Assembly (NCBI RefSeq): GCF_006345805.1
Contig: NC_043007.1
Location: forward strand, 5,394,001-5,458,000
From: Octopus sinensis
Taxonomy: Eukaryota
Length of the DNA stretch: 64,000 nt
Direction of reading: 5' to 3'
Of the stretch, positions 1 to 11,849 are shown piece after piece. A model generated the notes under the pieces. The model was not told the DNA's origin. It ran no database searches and saw only the letters and a list, made by a program, of their open reading frames with translations. The position numbers and the translations under genes were made by a program. The number at the start of each line of letters is the position of its first letter. Within the stretch, counting starts at the first letter, position 1.

Positions 1-344
1 TAGGTATGTCTATTTGGCCTTGGTTTACCTGAGGTTAAGCAATAACAAGACAGGATGGCCATAGCTGGAAGTGCAATGTGGCACATTCTACAAGTCCACA
101 CGCATTACAAAGAAGTTTATTGACAGTTATTTTTTTTTCAAAAAATTTTCTTTTCAATAATTCTAAAGATTTTTGTAGTAATTATAGCAGAAGTGGGTAA
201 TATGGATTCCACTCCATCAACAAAACATATCAGGAAATACAAGACTATCTTACTGTATTTATATAATGGTTCTCAAAGTTTTTACTTCTAGATACTGATG
301 GCTCTGTGTAATTAAAGAGAAAAACTAATTGAAACATTATTAAA

Positions 345-1180
345 ATAATGTTAATATGAAGAGAAGACTATCAACAGAGAAAGAAGGTTATCAATATACA
401 GAGAAATAATTAATTTCAGAAAAAAGTTTAGAAATATATTTATATTAAGAATCTTGTTTTAGTAGCAGCCTCCTTTCTATTTTAATAGTGCTTGCTATAT
501 ATAAACAGATTTTTAAAATATATATTAGCATTTATCTCTCTTTACTAAAAGTCTTTTGTGTGTCAATATTTAGAGCAGAGTGTCACTAACAGAATAGACT
601 TCTAATAGAGAGGGAAGAATGCTGCTACATAGCAAAGACAATCAACATAAAGAGGTGTGTGGTGATACATAGAAAAGACTGTTAATAGGCAGACATACAA
701 CCATTAATTTGGAATAGATTGTTAATGTAGAACAGGCTGTTAATGTAAAGAGAAGGCAGTGCACTGGTGGAATCGTTAGCATGCCAGATAAAAATGCTCC
801 AAATTTTGCCAAGGTTGACTTATCCTTTCATCCTTTCAGGATCTATAGAATAAGTACCAGTTGTGTACTGGGGTTGATGTAACCGACTTACTCCCTCCCC
901 CACCCAAATTGCTGGCGTTGTGTCAAAATTTGAAACCATGATATAGAGAAGGCTGTCAGCATAGAGAGAAGACTTAATATATACAGAAAAGTGTTTATGT
1001 CCCTACAGCACTTCTAATAAATAGACGATGCTGTTAATAGAGAGAAAATCCTATTAACATAGATAAAAGGCTATTCATTTGAAGAAAATAGCTTTATAAT
1101 ATGTATTATTGATATGTATATAACAAGAAGGCATAATATACAGTAAAAGCTGTCAATGTAGAAAGAACGTTAAGATAAGT
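345..1180. repeat. Degenerate ~20-22 bp minisatellite (AGAAGRCTGTYAAYATAGAG-like), interrupted by a SINE
   Basis: Recurring units such as gagaagactatcaacagag, agaaaagactgttaatag, aacaggctgttaatgtaa, gagaaggctgtcagcatag, aaaagctgtcaatgtag. Confidence 0.55.
757..938 (+). mobile_element. tRNA-derived SINE (MetaSINE-like core), degenerate
   Basis: gaatcgttagc...cctttcatcctttcagg...taagtaccag...caaaatttgaaacc matches the many other copies in the window. Confidence 0.75.
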
Positions 1181-1213
1181 GTGTGTGTGTATAGTGTGTT
1201 TATATATATATAT

Positions 1214-1351
1214 AAGTTCAGCAAAATTCTATAAGTGGCTGAAGATTGCTCGACATTTTAAAACTGATGTAATACTTACAGTGTTTAATAAAATGAAGTA
1301 GCATAAAACAATTGTACTACACAACCTTGGATATACTTGTTGCTTATTTTG

Positions 1352-1354
<3 letters not shown>
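1214..1354 (+). mobile_element. Short (TA)n-embedded Penelope-like terminal fragment with a decayed hammerhead motif
   Basis: Flanked by (TA)n. Termini aagttcagcaaaatt and cttgttgcttattttgatt are shared, inverted, with 33842-33982. CTGAAGA lies at 1239-1245. Confidence 0.5.
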
Positions 1355-1393
<39 letters not shown>

Positions 1394-1480
1394 ATATATA
1401 TCTACATATATAGAAAAAGAGTAGTTAAAAAAATTGGATTGCATAAATAACATATAGTTATGCAAAAATCTTTTAAAAAA

Positions 1481-2704
1481 TCATTTCCTTGAAGCATCTG
1501 ATAAATGATTTTCTGTGAATATTGGCTGAGATGTTCTTCTTGAATTAACGAAAGATGATTGCACTGTGAAACTAGAATGTTCCGTAAAAGTGATAAAGTT
1601 TCTTGCTTTCATACATCTAAAAGTCTTAAGCATTTCTTTTCTGAAGTCTGAAATAACTGCAAAGTATATGATATCTGAAGAATACTTACAGTACATGACC
1701 ATTGTGCTAATTGCATAAAGTAATGAGAAAGTACAGGTGTTTGTGGAATTGTTTACCTTGTCCCATGGCTCATAAATCAGAAAGACCAAGCTCATGGGAG
1801 CCTGAGAAGCAATAAAAGCTGTGTTAGTGTAAAAGACCAATTTTAAATTTTGCATTGCTCGCATTTTGCGAGTGTTAATGGTCGCTGGTTGTGTTGAGTT
1901 ATTGAAAAGTTCCTTGTTGGCATAGTGTTGCCTTAGTTTGAGAACAATTAGAATATTACAAGTGAAAAGAAAAAGAGTTGGAATGTAACTTAGAAAAAAT
2001 ATTTCCAAAATAACCCAATAACGGTAAAATTGCTTGTAAGTAGAATTGATAATACCACAAGTTGTAATGAGAATAGTCGTGTTGGTTTCTGGTTTGGTCT
2101 TGTATTCCAAGCCATGTCCATATAGTACATGAGATTCTAGCAATATACAAATGGTTAACAGAATTATAATTTGCTTCTTGGAACCGTTTTCATTATTTGG
2201 ATTCCTCATTAAGATTGGCTTCATGACAGCAGTAACTCTTTGAATTGAAATGAGTACAAGTAACCAAGAATTAAAGATCCCAACTGGGTCAAATAGCCAT
2301 TTTGTAATCTTACATACAATTTGATTCTCTGTGTAAAGATTAATATCCAAGGAATAAAGGTATTTTAAAAGTAGAGAGAAATCAATGATGAATAGATTGG
2401 AAAGGGCTAAAGCAATAAGTTCATTTCTGATGATGTTTCTCTTTAATTTCGGTCTCCACAGAATTACCAAAGACAAACAATTTGTAACATTTCCCACAAG
2501 AATCAAAATGGGAGGAAAATAGAGCCAAATTATATCCGAAATATGTGTCAAGTTGCTTAAACAACATGATTTCCAGACAATATTAGGGATGTGTTGAATA
2601 ATGTCGTCAATGCAACACAGGGATTCAGTGAGGTTCCTTATTTCTGAATAATTCCACAGTTGACCATTTTCTGTGATATATTGAAACGAATAGTTGCACT
2701 CCAT
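1481..2704 (-). CDS. Rhodopsin-class (class A) 7TM GPCR, 407 aa, single coding exon; resembles FMRFamide/peptide-receptor-like expanded (putative chemosensory) receptors
   Basis: Uninterrupted ORF with seven hydrophobic segments: TM1 PPILILVGN, TM2 LALSN, TM3 CK...SWLLVLISIQRV, ECL2 Cys, TM5 YIP...CNILIV, TM7/H8 IIY...FRKEM. First ATG is at 2704; the track start at 2749 is a TTG inside a polypyrimidine tract. An acceptor-like TTTTAAG ends at 2720. Confidence 0.9.
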   Translation of the reverse strand: MECNYSFQYITENGQLWNYSEIRNLTESLCCIDDIIQHIPNIVWKSCCLSNLTHISDIIWLYFPPILILVGNVTNCLSLVILWRPKLKRNIIRNELIALALSNLFIIDFSLLLKYLYSLDINLYTENQIVCKITKWLFDPVGIFNSWLLVLISIQRVTAVMKPILMRNPNNENGSKKQIIILLTICILLESHVLYGHGLEYKTKPETNTTILITTCGIINSTYKQFYRYWVILEIFFLSYIPTLFLFTCNILIVLKLRQHYANKELFNNSTQPATINTRKMRAMQNLKLVFYTNTAFIASQAPMSLVFLIYEPWDKVNNSTNTCTFSLLYAISTMVMYCKYSSDIIYFAVISDFRKEMLKTFRCMKARNFITFTEHSSFTVQSSFVNSRRTSQPIFTENHLSDASRK

Positions 2705-3923
2705 TTGGTAGCAATTTTTCTTAAAAGAGTGAAAGAAAATTCTTTTCAAAGGAAAAGAAAAAATACTTTATTGAATGGAATCTTCAACTAAATATTAAAT
2801 GAACTCAGGTAATATTTCAGCTGACTGTAAATGAGTTGTTGTAATGTTCATGCTTTTCTCAAGAGTATTTCATATGCAGAGTGAAATAGTTTTAATCAAG
2901 CTTGAAACAAGACCAGAAATGGAATTTACTTTTTAATATCGTCCACAAAAAATTTAAACCTTCTGTAACCATATTTCTTTTGAAGTATGCTTCCTCTGCT
3001 TCAATTAAGCTTGAAAATAATGAGGAATCTTGTAAAATTATTGTCATTATTAAACAGGTGTTGAAATTTTGATGGAAGGAGTTATCTCTGATCCCTTTAA
3101 ATATGAATTTTATATCATCAAACCAGGTGGGTTCGTAAAGACATAAAGGCCTTTTTGATTAAGTTTTAGTTGAAATATCTTTACCCTGCTTCTTTTTGGG
3201 TAAAGAAACAAAACAAACCAAAAAAAAAACAAACAACCAAACTAGTTTTGATTAATAAAAGCCACCTAAAGTCACAAGTTTCAGTTTGTAAGACCTCCTT
3301 TTCTTTTATAATTATTATTTAAGATTCCTCAATCTCAGCAAACAATATTACAAACACAGGTGTGCGAAGAAATGCTCAAATATTTCATTATAACCAGGAT
3401 AATATTTGAACATTATCATATTCCTCCAGGAGAAAAAAAAAAACCCAAAACAATCAGTTAATTCTCAGGTTGACTAAATTAAACAAGCAAAATATTCTCG
3501 TAGAAAATATTTATAAAAACAGGTAAAGTTTTCAATAATTAAAATAATACTTCCAGAAAGTATTTTTGCTTATGTCCTTTCTTTGAGAGGAATGATAAAT
3601 AGCCGAAAGGTATATCCGATTATCATTTTTTGAAATAATGTATATTTAAGAAAAATTTTAGTAGTCACCAAAATCTGTATAATTGCAAAGACATTTCCAT
3701 ATAAATTCCAGGCAAATTTCTACAACTATATCAGCTGTGGATGCGAATATATAAATAACATGAATAAACAGATGAAAATGAATTTTGAAAGAATTTCCCA
3801 TATATTCCTTCTTATATCGAATTCCATGAAAATGTTTTTCTTCATCACAAAATTTATATTTTACCAGTAAAACTCAGCATTCATAATATGGCTTCTCAGT
3901 TATTTCTCGTCAGAACTCAGTAA

Positions 3924-3970
<47 letters not shown>

Positions 3971-4245
3971 TGTGTGTGTGTGTGTGGATTAGTGTGTTTA
4001 CGCATGTGTGTTGTTTACTTATATGCATACATATATCTGTGACGTATTGAGGAACACATTCAAACACATACACACACATACACACACACACACACATTGA
4101 TATACATGTGCCTATATATGTGTATATAATATATACTTATAAATAAATAGATAAGTACTCATAAATATATGAAATCCTATAAATCTCTCTATATATATGT
4201 ATTATATATATATATATATGTATATATATATAAATATCTATGTAT

Positions 4246-4320
<75 letters not shown>

Positions 4321-4380
4321 CTATATATATATGTGTCTATATATATATATATATATATGCGTATATATATGTATATATGA

Positions 4381-4441
<61 letters not shown>

Positions 4442-4630
4442 TATACATATATATATATATGTAACTATGCATACATGCATACATGTACATAACATTGTCT
4501 ATTTTATCTGTTTTGTGATTCTCTGCACATCAATAGCAAGGGAAGATGTTTACATTCTTAGTTCACTGACAGCAAATCTTTGTAATAAATACACACGTAC
4601 ACAGACACCATTATATATAACCAGTATATA

Positions 4631-4661
<31 letters not shown>

Positions 4662-5069
4662 GTACACTGACACACATAAACAGACACACACAGGCATACA
4701 CACACATACGCACACTCATGCACATGCACACACACGTGCTGCATATGCAAAATAAATACACGTATGCACACAAATTTTCTCCTCACTAAGTGCTGTCTTA
4801 TGAATGAAAGGCAATAATATATTGTATGTGCGTATATACACACACACATGTACATACATACATGCATATATACATAAATACATGCCTACATGCACACACA
4901 CACACACATATATATGTATTCATACTAATATAAATATATGCATGCATGTATGTATAAACATACACATACATATATCTATAAATATATCTATATATATGTA
5001 TATATACACAAACATATGGCATGGGTGGGGCCCTGATCAATTTGGATCAATCAAAAACTTTCGAAAGGG

Positions 5070-5590
5070 TACACCACCGGTTCTCATAGCGGCTGGTTTC
5101 GGTCCCGTCTTCCACGGCTGAATAGCTGCCTTGTACAGAGGCATCCGTGAATGGACATCTATCGACACCTTTTGACATTGCACGTTCGGTCCATCAGGGA
5201 TGCCCCCTCTCGTCGCTTCTGTATGTGTTGACCCTCGAGCCACTACTGTGGAAGCTGGCGATGCTGAGGGGCATCCTGCGAGAATTGGGATGCGGGATGA
5301 GCGTGTTCGCATACGCGGACGACGTCACCGTCATAGTGTCGAGCCACGAGCATATCATGTGTTTATTCCTTCCCTGCCCGAGGTTACCGCGGTCTTTTCC
5401 GTAGGCTTTTCTTTCCACGGATAAACCTAATCTTGCTTTTTACATTTTAAAAACTCTTCTGTGATACACGATCCCTTTTCATCGTAATTTTACTTTTTTC
5501 ATTTTTCTTTTTCATTTTCGAAAAGAAAAGATCTACATTTGTATTTGTCCCCTCTGTGTTCAGACCTGTGTGGCCAATAAAGAAAGTTAT
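5070..5590 (+). mobile_element. Tx1/L1-clade LINE fragment: RT core joined to a 3' end
   Basis: VNGHLSTPF...SVHQGCPLSSLLY...AYADDVT, then a T-rich 3' UTR ending aataaagaaag and a (TATC)n tract. Confidence 0.85.
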
Positions 5591-5605
5591 CTATCTATCT
5601 GTCTG

Positions 5606-5680
<75 letters not shown>

Positions 5681-5714
5681 GTCTATCTGGCTGTCTATCT
5701 ATCTATCTATCTAT

Positions 5715-6060
5715 CTGGCATGTCCCATGCCAGTGGCATGTAAAAAGCACCCTTTGAACGTTGGGCGTCATGGAGGCAGTGACAAGTGACCATGACCATT
5801 GGTGATGTGCTGTGCTTGAGACGACTCATCAAGCCAATTGAAATTGTAGTTGTGACCAATGCCGGTGTCATGTGACTGACACCTGTACCAGTGGCACATA
5901 GAAAGCACCCATTATGCTCTCGGAGTGGTTGGCGTTACAAAGGGCATCCAGCCATAGAAACCATGCCAAATCAGACTGGAGTCTGGTGTAGCTCTGCAGC
6001 TAACCAGTTCCAGTCAAATCGTCTGACCCATGCCAGCATTGGAAGCAGGCGCTAAATTAT
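5715..6060 (+). mobile_element. RTE-associated 3' UTR/SINE element with (GAT)n tail
   Basis: gtggcatgtaaaaagcacc units and ggagtggttggcgtt...aagggcatccagc, followed by a ~400 bp (GAT)n tract (6057-6468). Confidence 0.75.
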
Positions 6061-6074
6061 GATGATGATGATGG

Positions 6075-6129
<55 letters not shown>

Positions 6130-6421
6130 GAGGATGATGGTGATGATGATATGATGATGATGAATGATGATGATGATGAATGATGATGATGATGATGAGA
6201 TGAGGATGATGGTGATGATGATATGATGATGATGATGATGATGATGATGAGGATGAGGATGATGGTGATGATGATGATGGTGATGATGATGATGATTGAT
6301 GATGATGATGATGGATGATGATGATGATTGATGATGATGATGATGATGATGAGGATGATGATGATGATGATGATGAGGATGAGGATGATGGTGATGATGA
6401 TGATGATGATGAGGATGATGG

Positions 6422-6467
<46 letters not shown>

Positions 6468-6479
6468 ATGTTAAACAAT

Positions 6480-6767
6480 AAAGTTCCAACTTAGTCTGGT
6501 TTTCACGTTTTGTTATTTACAATTTTTACCATCTTGAAATAAACTTGTACTTTTTCCATGCGTTACACAGTCATCAGGTGTTTCTGTATTGACAGTTGCG
6601 TTCCACGACTGTCAATTGTGGAACACGACTGTCAATTGTGGAACACGTCCGTCAATATGTTGACTTGATGACTGCGTAATACATGAAAATACAAGTTTAT
6701 TTCGATATTGTAAAATTGTAAAAAATTGTAAATAACAAAACGTGAAAATCAGACTAATTTGGAATTT
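6480..6767. mobile_element. Fold-back (MITE-like) element, ~290 bp
   Basis: aagttccaacttagtctggttttcacgttttgttatttacaattttt is reverse-complementary to aaaaattgtaaataacaaaacgtgaaaatcagactaatttggaattt. The centre has a 20-bp tandem duplication cacgactgtcaattgtggaa. Confidence 0.75.
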
Positions 6768-6768
6768 C

Positions 6769-7000
6769 TGTTTCATTACTACCCTCAAGGGGCTAAACAC
6801 AGAGAGGACAAACAAGGACAGACAAACGAATTAAGTCGATTATATCGACACCAGTGCATAACTGGTACTTATTTAAATGACCCCGAAAGGATGAAAGGCA
6901 AAGTCGACCTCGGCGGAATTTGAACTCAGAATGTAACAACAGACGAAATACCGCTAAGCATTTCGCCCGGCGTGCTAACGTTTCTGCCAGCTCGCCGCCC
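6769..7000 (-). mobile_element. Full-length MetaSINE-like tRNA SINE with ~14 bp target-site duplication
   Basis: Near-consensus body. TSD is taatttggaatttc (6755-6768) / taagttggaatttc (7001-7014). Confidence 0.9.
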
Positions 7001-7148
7001 TAAGTTGGAATTTCACTGATTAATATATATGATTCTATACAAAATTATACACACTTGTGTGTGTATATATTATATACACCTACATATGTAATCAAACTGG
7101 AACCTAGTGCAGCTCTCAACCCATGCCAACATGGAAAAGGGATGTTAA

Positions 7149-7180
<32 letters not shown>

Positions 7181-7184
7181 AAAT

Positions 7185-8295
7185 AGAACTTCCAAAAGTA
7201 AAAGTGAAAAATGAAAAACTATCAACTAAATTATGGCTGGGAGATAACAGTTTACTCAAAGTAGCCCCCCAACTCGCCCCAACCATGACCTCAAGATGGC
7301 TCAAGAGCCTGACAGATGCGTCCCTCGCTGCGTCCCAGTGAAGGTCGTCATACATTTCCTTGTCGTTGACGAAAACGGGGCTGGTGAAGTCTAGGAATTC
7401 TCTGACAACCACTTCTGACTATTTTCAGAGTTATGGCAAAGAGCTGAACCCTGCTGCTGTATATGGCCTTTCAGCAAGAACCCTCTTCATCCTGGGATTG
7501 ACCATGGTCTCCAGCAGCTTCCCATCGCCATCTGAATTGTGCCTAAGGCTCTTTTCAAAGATATGGAGATGAATTCTGGTGTATGGATGCAGTCAGATCC
7601 TGTGTCCCTTCCTACTGGACACGGTTTCATAGTCTCCGTTACAGCTATCTCTGTCTCTTCCTACAGCCTTTACAGTGTTTACAGAGCATTGAGCAGCAGT
7701 CATGGTGGAGGCGCAATGGCCCAGTGGTTAGGGCAGCAGACTCGCGGTCGGAGGATTGCGGTTTCGATTCCCAGACCGGGCGTTGTGTGTGTTTATTGAG
7801 CGACAACACCTAAAGCTCCACGAGGCTCCGGCATGGGGTGGTGGCCATCCCTGCTGTACTCTTTCGCCCCAACTTTCTCTCACTCTTTCTTCCTGTTTCT
7901 TGTTCCCAACTTCCTACACAACCGCTGAGTTGGGTGCGCATTCATCCATCCGTCGATGCTCTCGGTGTTGGGGGTTGACCTGCTTTCTCTTCTGTGGGTC
8001 TTACGAATAGCAAAGGACCACGTTTCGGACTTCTCCCACTACAGACTGGGACGAAGACCGCTTCGCTCAACACCAACAGCAGCAGTCATGGTGTCAGCAT
8101 CTTGACACCCTGCACGAATCCTCAGGACACATACAACTCTTCTCCCCAATGGCTCCCAGTCCTCCACCTCAGATAACTTGTTCTCAACCTCAGCTTTAAG
8201 CTTTTATGCCCTTCAACACTGTTGACTGTTCTCTGATACTTCAAGCTGTTCTTCAAAGAAAGGCGATATAGAAAATTTAGCCTGAATACCCTGTA
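7185..8295 (-). mobile_element. Decayed, internally deleted Tc1/mariner transposon (maT/DD37D-like)
   Basis: TIR start TACAGGGTATTCAGG at 8295. Broken translation gives TAAQCSVNTVKAV, HIFEKSLR.NSD, QQGSALCHNSENSQKWLSEN, DFTSP and a C-terminal GGYFE*. Confidence 0.7.
7708..8077 (+). mobile_element. Full-length tRNA-derived SINE (family 2) with 16-bp TSD
   Basis: A box TGGCCCAGTGG, B box GGTTTCGATTCC. TSD AGCAGCAGTCATGGTG at 7692-7707 and 8078-8093. Confidence 0.92.
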
Positions 8296-8329
8296 TATGT
8301 ATGTGTGTGTATGTGTGTGTGTGTGTGCA

Positions 8330-8387
8330 GAGAGAGAGATAGAGAGAGAGAGAGAGAAAGAGAGAGAAAAAGAGAAAGGAGGAAAGA

Positions 8388-8421
<34 letters not shown>

Positions 8422-8478
8422 AAAAGAGAGAGAGACAAAGAGAGAAAAAAAGAGAGAGAGAAAAAGAGAAAGGGGGAA

Positions 8479-8509
<31 letters not shown>

Positions 8510-8675
8510 AAAAGAGAGAGAGAAAAAGAGAGAGAGAAAAAGAGAGAGGGGGAAAGAGTGAGAGAGAGAGAGAGAAAAAGAGAGAGAGAAAGAGAGAAAA
8601 AGAGAGAGAGAAAGAGAGAGAAAGAGTGATAGGTATGTATATGTATGAATGTGTGTGTGTGTATGTGTGCAGAGC

Positions 8676-8716
<41 letters not shown>
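8330..8716. repeat. (GA)n/GAAA-rich polypurine tract
   Basis: Direct reading. Confidence 0.95.
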
Positions 8717-8720
<4 letters not shown>

Positions 8721-9581
8721 GTATGTGTATGTGTACTGACCTGCAAACCCACGCAGTGACACACATAAGGCCATAGATTCATAAAGGCTCCATCCCCACC
8801 ACCAGCGTCGTCCCCTCCTTATCGTTTTGCTAAATTGTTATTATTGAACCCTTGAAATATTGGAATAAATGCATCTTTGTTGCAGTGTGTTTTGTGTTTG
8901 AACAGCTTCCAGTCGTTAAATATGGTAAAACGATATGATGTTTGCTCGGTGCCAATTGCAGCTGTCTCTTCCGCATCCACCATTTACCAAACAACAACGA
9001 CACGGCGGCCTGTGTGTGGTCATTAAAGATGCTAGAAGTAACAGCTAATTCTTCTTCATGTTATAGATTCAAATAAGGAAATCACATTTAAGTATTGTGA
9101 CACTGGATATACTGTTTGTGAGAAACTCAAATAGACGGGATGGTCATTGTGGGAATATCTTTTGATATATGGGTTTGTTTGATCAGATCCGACAAAATCT
9201 TAAACAACAACCCTTGTTTGCTCATATTAGCTCCTCCACACAGCTTCATTCATTGAAGAAGCTCTTACTGTGAAAGCCATTACAGGGTTTCATTACGGAC
9301 TTTGAATTTATTTGCTTTCTTGTAAACCTGTCGATCAATTAAACGAAAAGATGAGAGGATGGAGGTGGAGGATGGAGGATGGATGGCTGACGTGGGAGGA
9401 GAAAGGAGAAAAAAGGAGGAGGTGGAGAACGACGAGGGAGAGTCGTGGGGGTTTTTTCTGCTTGTGTTTGACAAAATTTCACATAAAAGGGAAAGAAGAA
9501 AGAAGGTAGAAAGTAAACAAAAAGAACAGAAAGCATAATGGTAATAATAATAATAATAATAATAATATAATAATAATAATA

Positions 9582-9751
9582 TGGAACAAATAGGGACCGC
9601 ATTAAGGGTGGCGCACTTGCAGAAAACAGCACTGCTTGGAACCGCTTGAATACTCCGGAAGGTGCTCGAAAAATAAGGTGTTACCTTAGTTCACTGTTAG
9701 TGAACAGCTGACACTGTAGTAGATCTCTAGCGTTAGAAGCTGTGCAAATGC

Positions 9752-9755
<4 letters not shown>
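9582..9755 (+). mobile_element. R4/Dong-clade LINE 3' end inserted in (TAA)n
   Basis: MEQIGTALRVAHLQKTALLGTA*ILRKVLEK* plus 3' UTR, flanked by (TAA)n. Confidence 0.85.
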
Positions 9756-9821
<66 letters not shown>

Positions 9822-9844
9822 GAAGAAGAAGAAGAAGAAGAAGA

Positions 9845-11095
9845 AGGATATGTTTAAAGTGACTGAGCAGAGTCTTGTAGATCAAGCAAATGCTATTAGG
9901 AGAGAAAGTGGATGACGGAATTGGAGGTTGAAGAGATCAGAAGGGAACTGGAAAAGAAAGACCAGGCAGTAGGAAAGACAAACAAGAGATACACCTGAAA
10001 CCAAAGAAGAACCTAAAGAAAAAATAATAACAGCACTACCAATAAGGAAAGGACAACTGGCACCAAGGATTTAAGTGGTTTAAGTGAGGAAGATGAAAAG
10101 ATTTTGGATGAGTTGCAGGAAGTAATGTGTAAAGAAGTAAGAAAAAGATTGCCAACATTAAAAGACACCAACAGAAGGAAGATGTTAGAAATGAGTAGGA
10201 AAGCAGATTTTGTTATCAGTAGGATAGATACTAAAAATATCACAGACACCAACTTATTGATCGATGCAGGAGGGGTAATAGTTACTAGAAGATTAGGTAT
10301 TTCACAGGGAAAGATTACAAAATAATGTGAAGACTTTAAAACAAGATCTGAGTAGACTAGAAGCCTGGAAACCGAACAAGATAGAAAATACAAGATTCAA
10401 ATCTTCCCTTGAGAAAAGATACTTAGAGAAATAGAAAGGATTTGGGACAGTCATAGAAGAGTTGAAACAGCGTATTATAGCAGTAGCAGGTAAGTTTTCC
10501 AGATATCAGAAAAGAATAGATCAGTATCAATAGAATTGATTATTTGAGACAGATTTTATAACCAAATAAATAATGGAGAACGAATTACTGAATGTGAGAA
10601 ACCTAATGCAGAAGAAGCTAGAAAGTTATGGAGTAATATTTGGTATAAGCCAGTCAATCATGATGGAGATGCAGTATGGTTAAAGAAAGTGAGGAAAGAA
10701 GGAGTGAGTGAAAAGCAACCAGATCTAAGACTAACGAGTAAAGTGTTAGAAAAAATGTCGAATAGGAAAGGCCCAGAACTCAGATTTAGTTCAGGGTAAT
10801 GGTGAAAACAAATTTAGTAGTTTACATGGGAGGCTGAGGGAGCAACTTCAGGATTGTCTTAATGGAGGAATAAAACCAGATTGGATGACTAGAGGGAGGA
10901 CAATACTCATTATGAAAGATAAAAGCTAAGGTAATACAGCTAGCAACTATAAACGAATCACTTGCTTACTATTAGAAAGCATTAGAAAGCATGCTTACAT
11001 CAGAAAGCATGTGCGAGCACCTTGACAGCCGGAATTTACTGCCAGAAGGTTGCAAGAAGAAGGCTACAGGGACGCATGATCTATAATATATAGAC
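9845..11095 (+). mobile_element. R4/Dong-clade LINE ORF fragment (N-terminal region to start of RT), with stops and frameshifts
   Basis: VTEQSLVDQANAIR, LKQRIIAVAGK..RY, W..IW..PV.H...A.WL, NYKRITCL, GCKKKATGTHDL. Confidence 0.75.
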
Positions 11096-11849
11096 ATGGG
11101 AGAGTGTCAGTACATACGTTGACAGAAAATTTCGTTTTGTTCATCTCATGAGGTGTCTGAGATCGAACTTGGCTTTTCGATTTTGTAGTAACAGTATCGT
11201 CGACAAATACATCCCATCGTCATGGCAACAAGACATGGAACACATCACGAAGACACTGCTTTCTTTAGTAGCAAAAATAATAATCTTCGTTTCAACACTC
11301 TTCGCAATTGACGTCATATTTCCCCGTTGCTTAGCGACACCAGGGTAAATAAAACGAAAGACATAATTGTTATAAAAAGTATTGAACATTTTCCGGCAAT
11401 TTCTTGGTGCACAAGATAGGAGACAGAGCTAAAACAAAACATTAAAGTCTCGATATTTTATTACAGGACGATTGGCAGAATCAGTGAGCATTGAATAAAA
11501 TACATTACGTTATCTAGTTAGGTTCCTTTACATTCTGAGTTCAATTCTTGTAGAGGTCAAGTTTGCTGTTCATCCTCCTGGGATCAAGGAAATATAGTAC
11601 TAGTCAAGGACTGGAGTAGATTTAATCGACTACACTCTTCTTCTGAGTTCAAATTCCGCCAAGATCACCTTTAGATTTCATATATACAGGGTCGATAAAT
11701 TAAAGTACCAGTCAAGTGCTGGAATCGGTTTACATTATCGTAATGCCGGGTTTCTCAAAGCAGCTTCCGAGGAACCCTATGGCTTTCTAAAAAAACTTCT
11801 TAAGTTCCATGAGATTAGGCGATTTTTTGAAAAATTATTGTAATAAAAT

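Noticed and set aside
2705-2749. 15-aa N-terminal extension of the GPCR given in the ORF track
   Set aside because: It starts at TTG within a polypyrimidine tract and acceptor; the first ATG is at 2704.
7708-7775. tRNA gene
   Set aside because: A and B boxes are present, but it is the head of a multi-copy SINE with body, tail and TSD, and has no proper acceptor stem.
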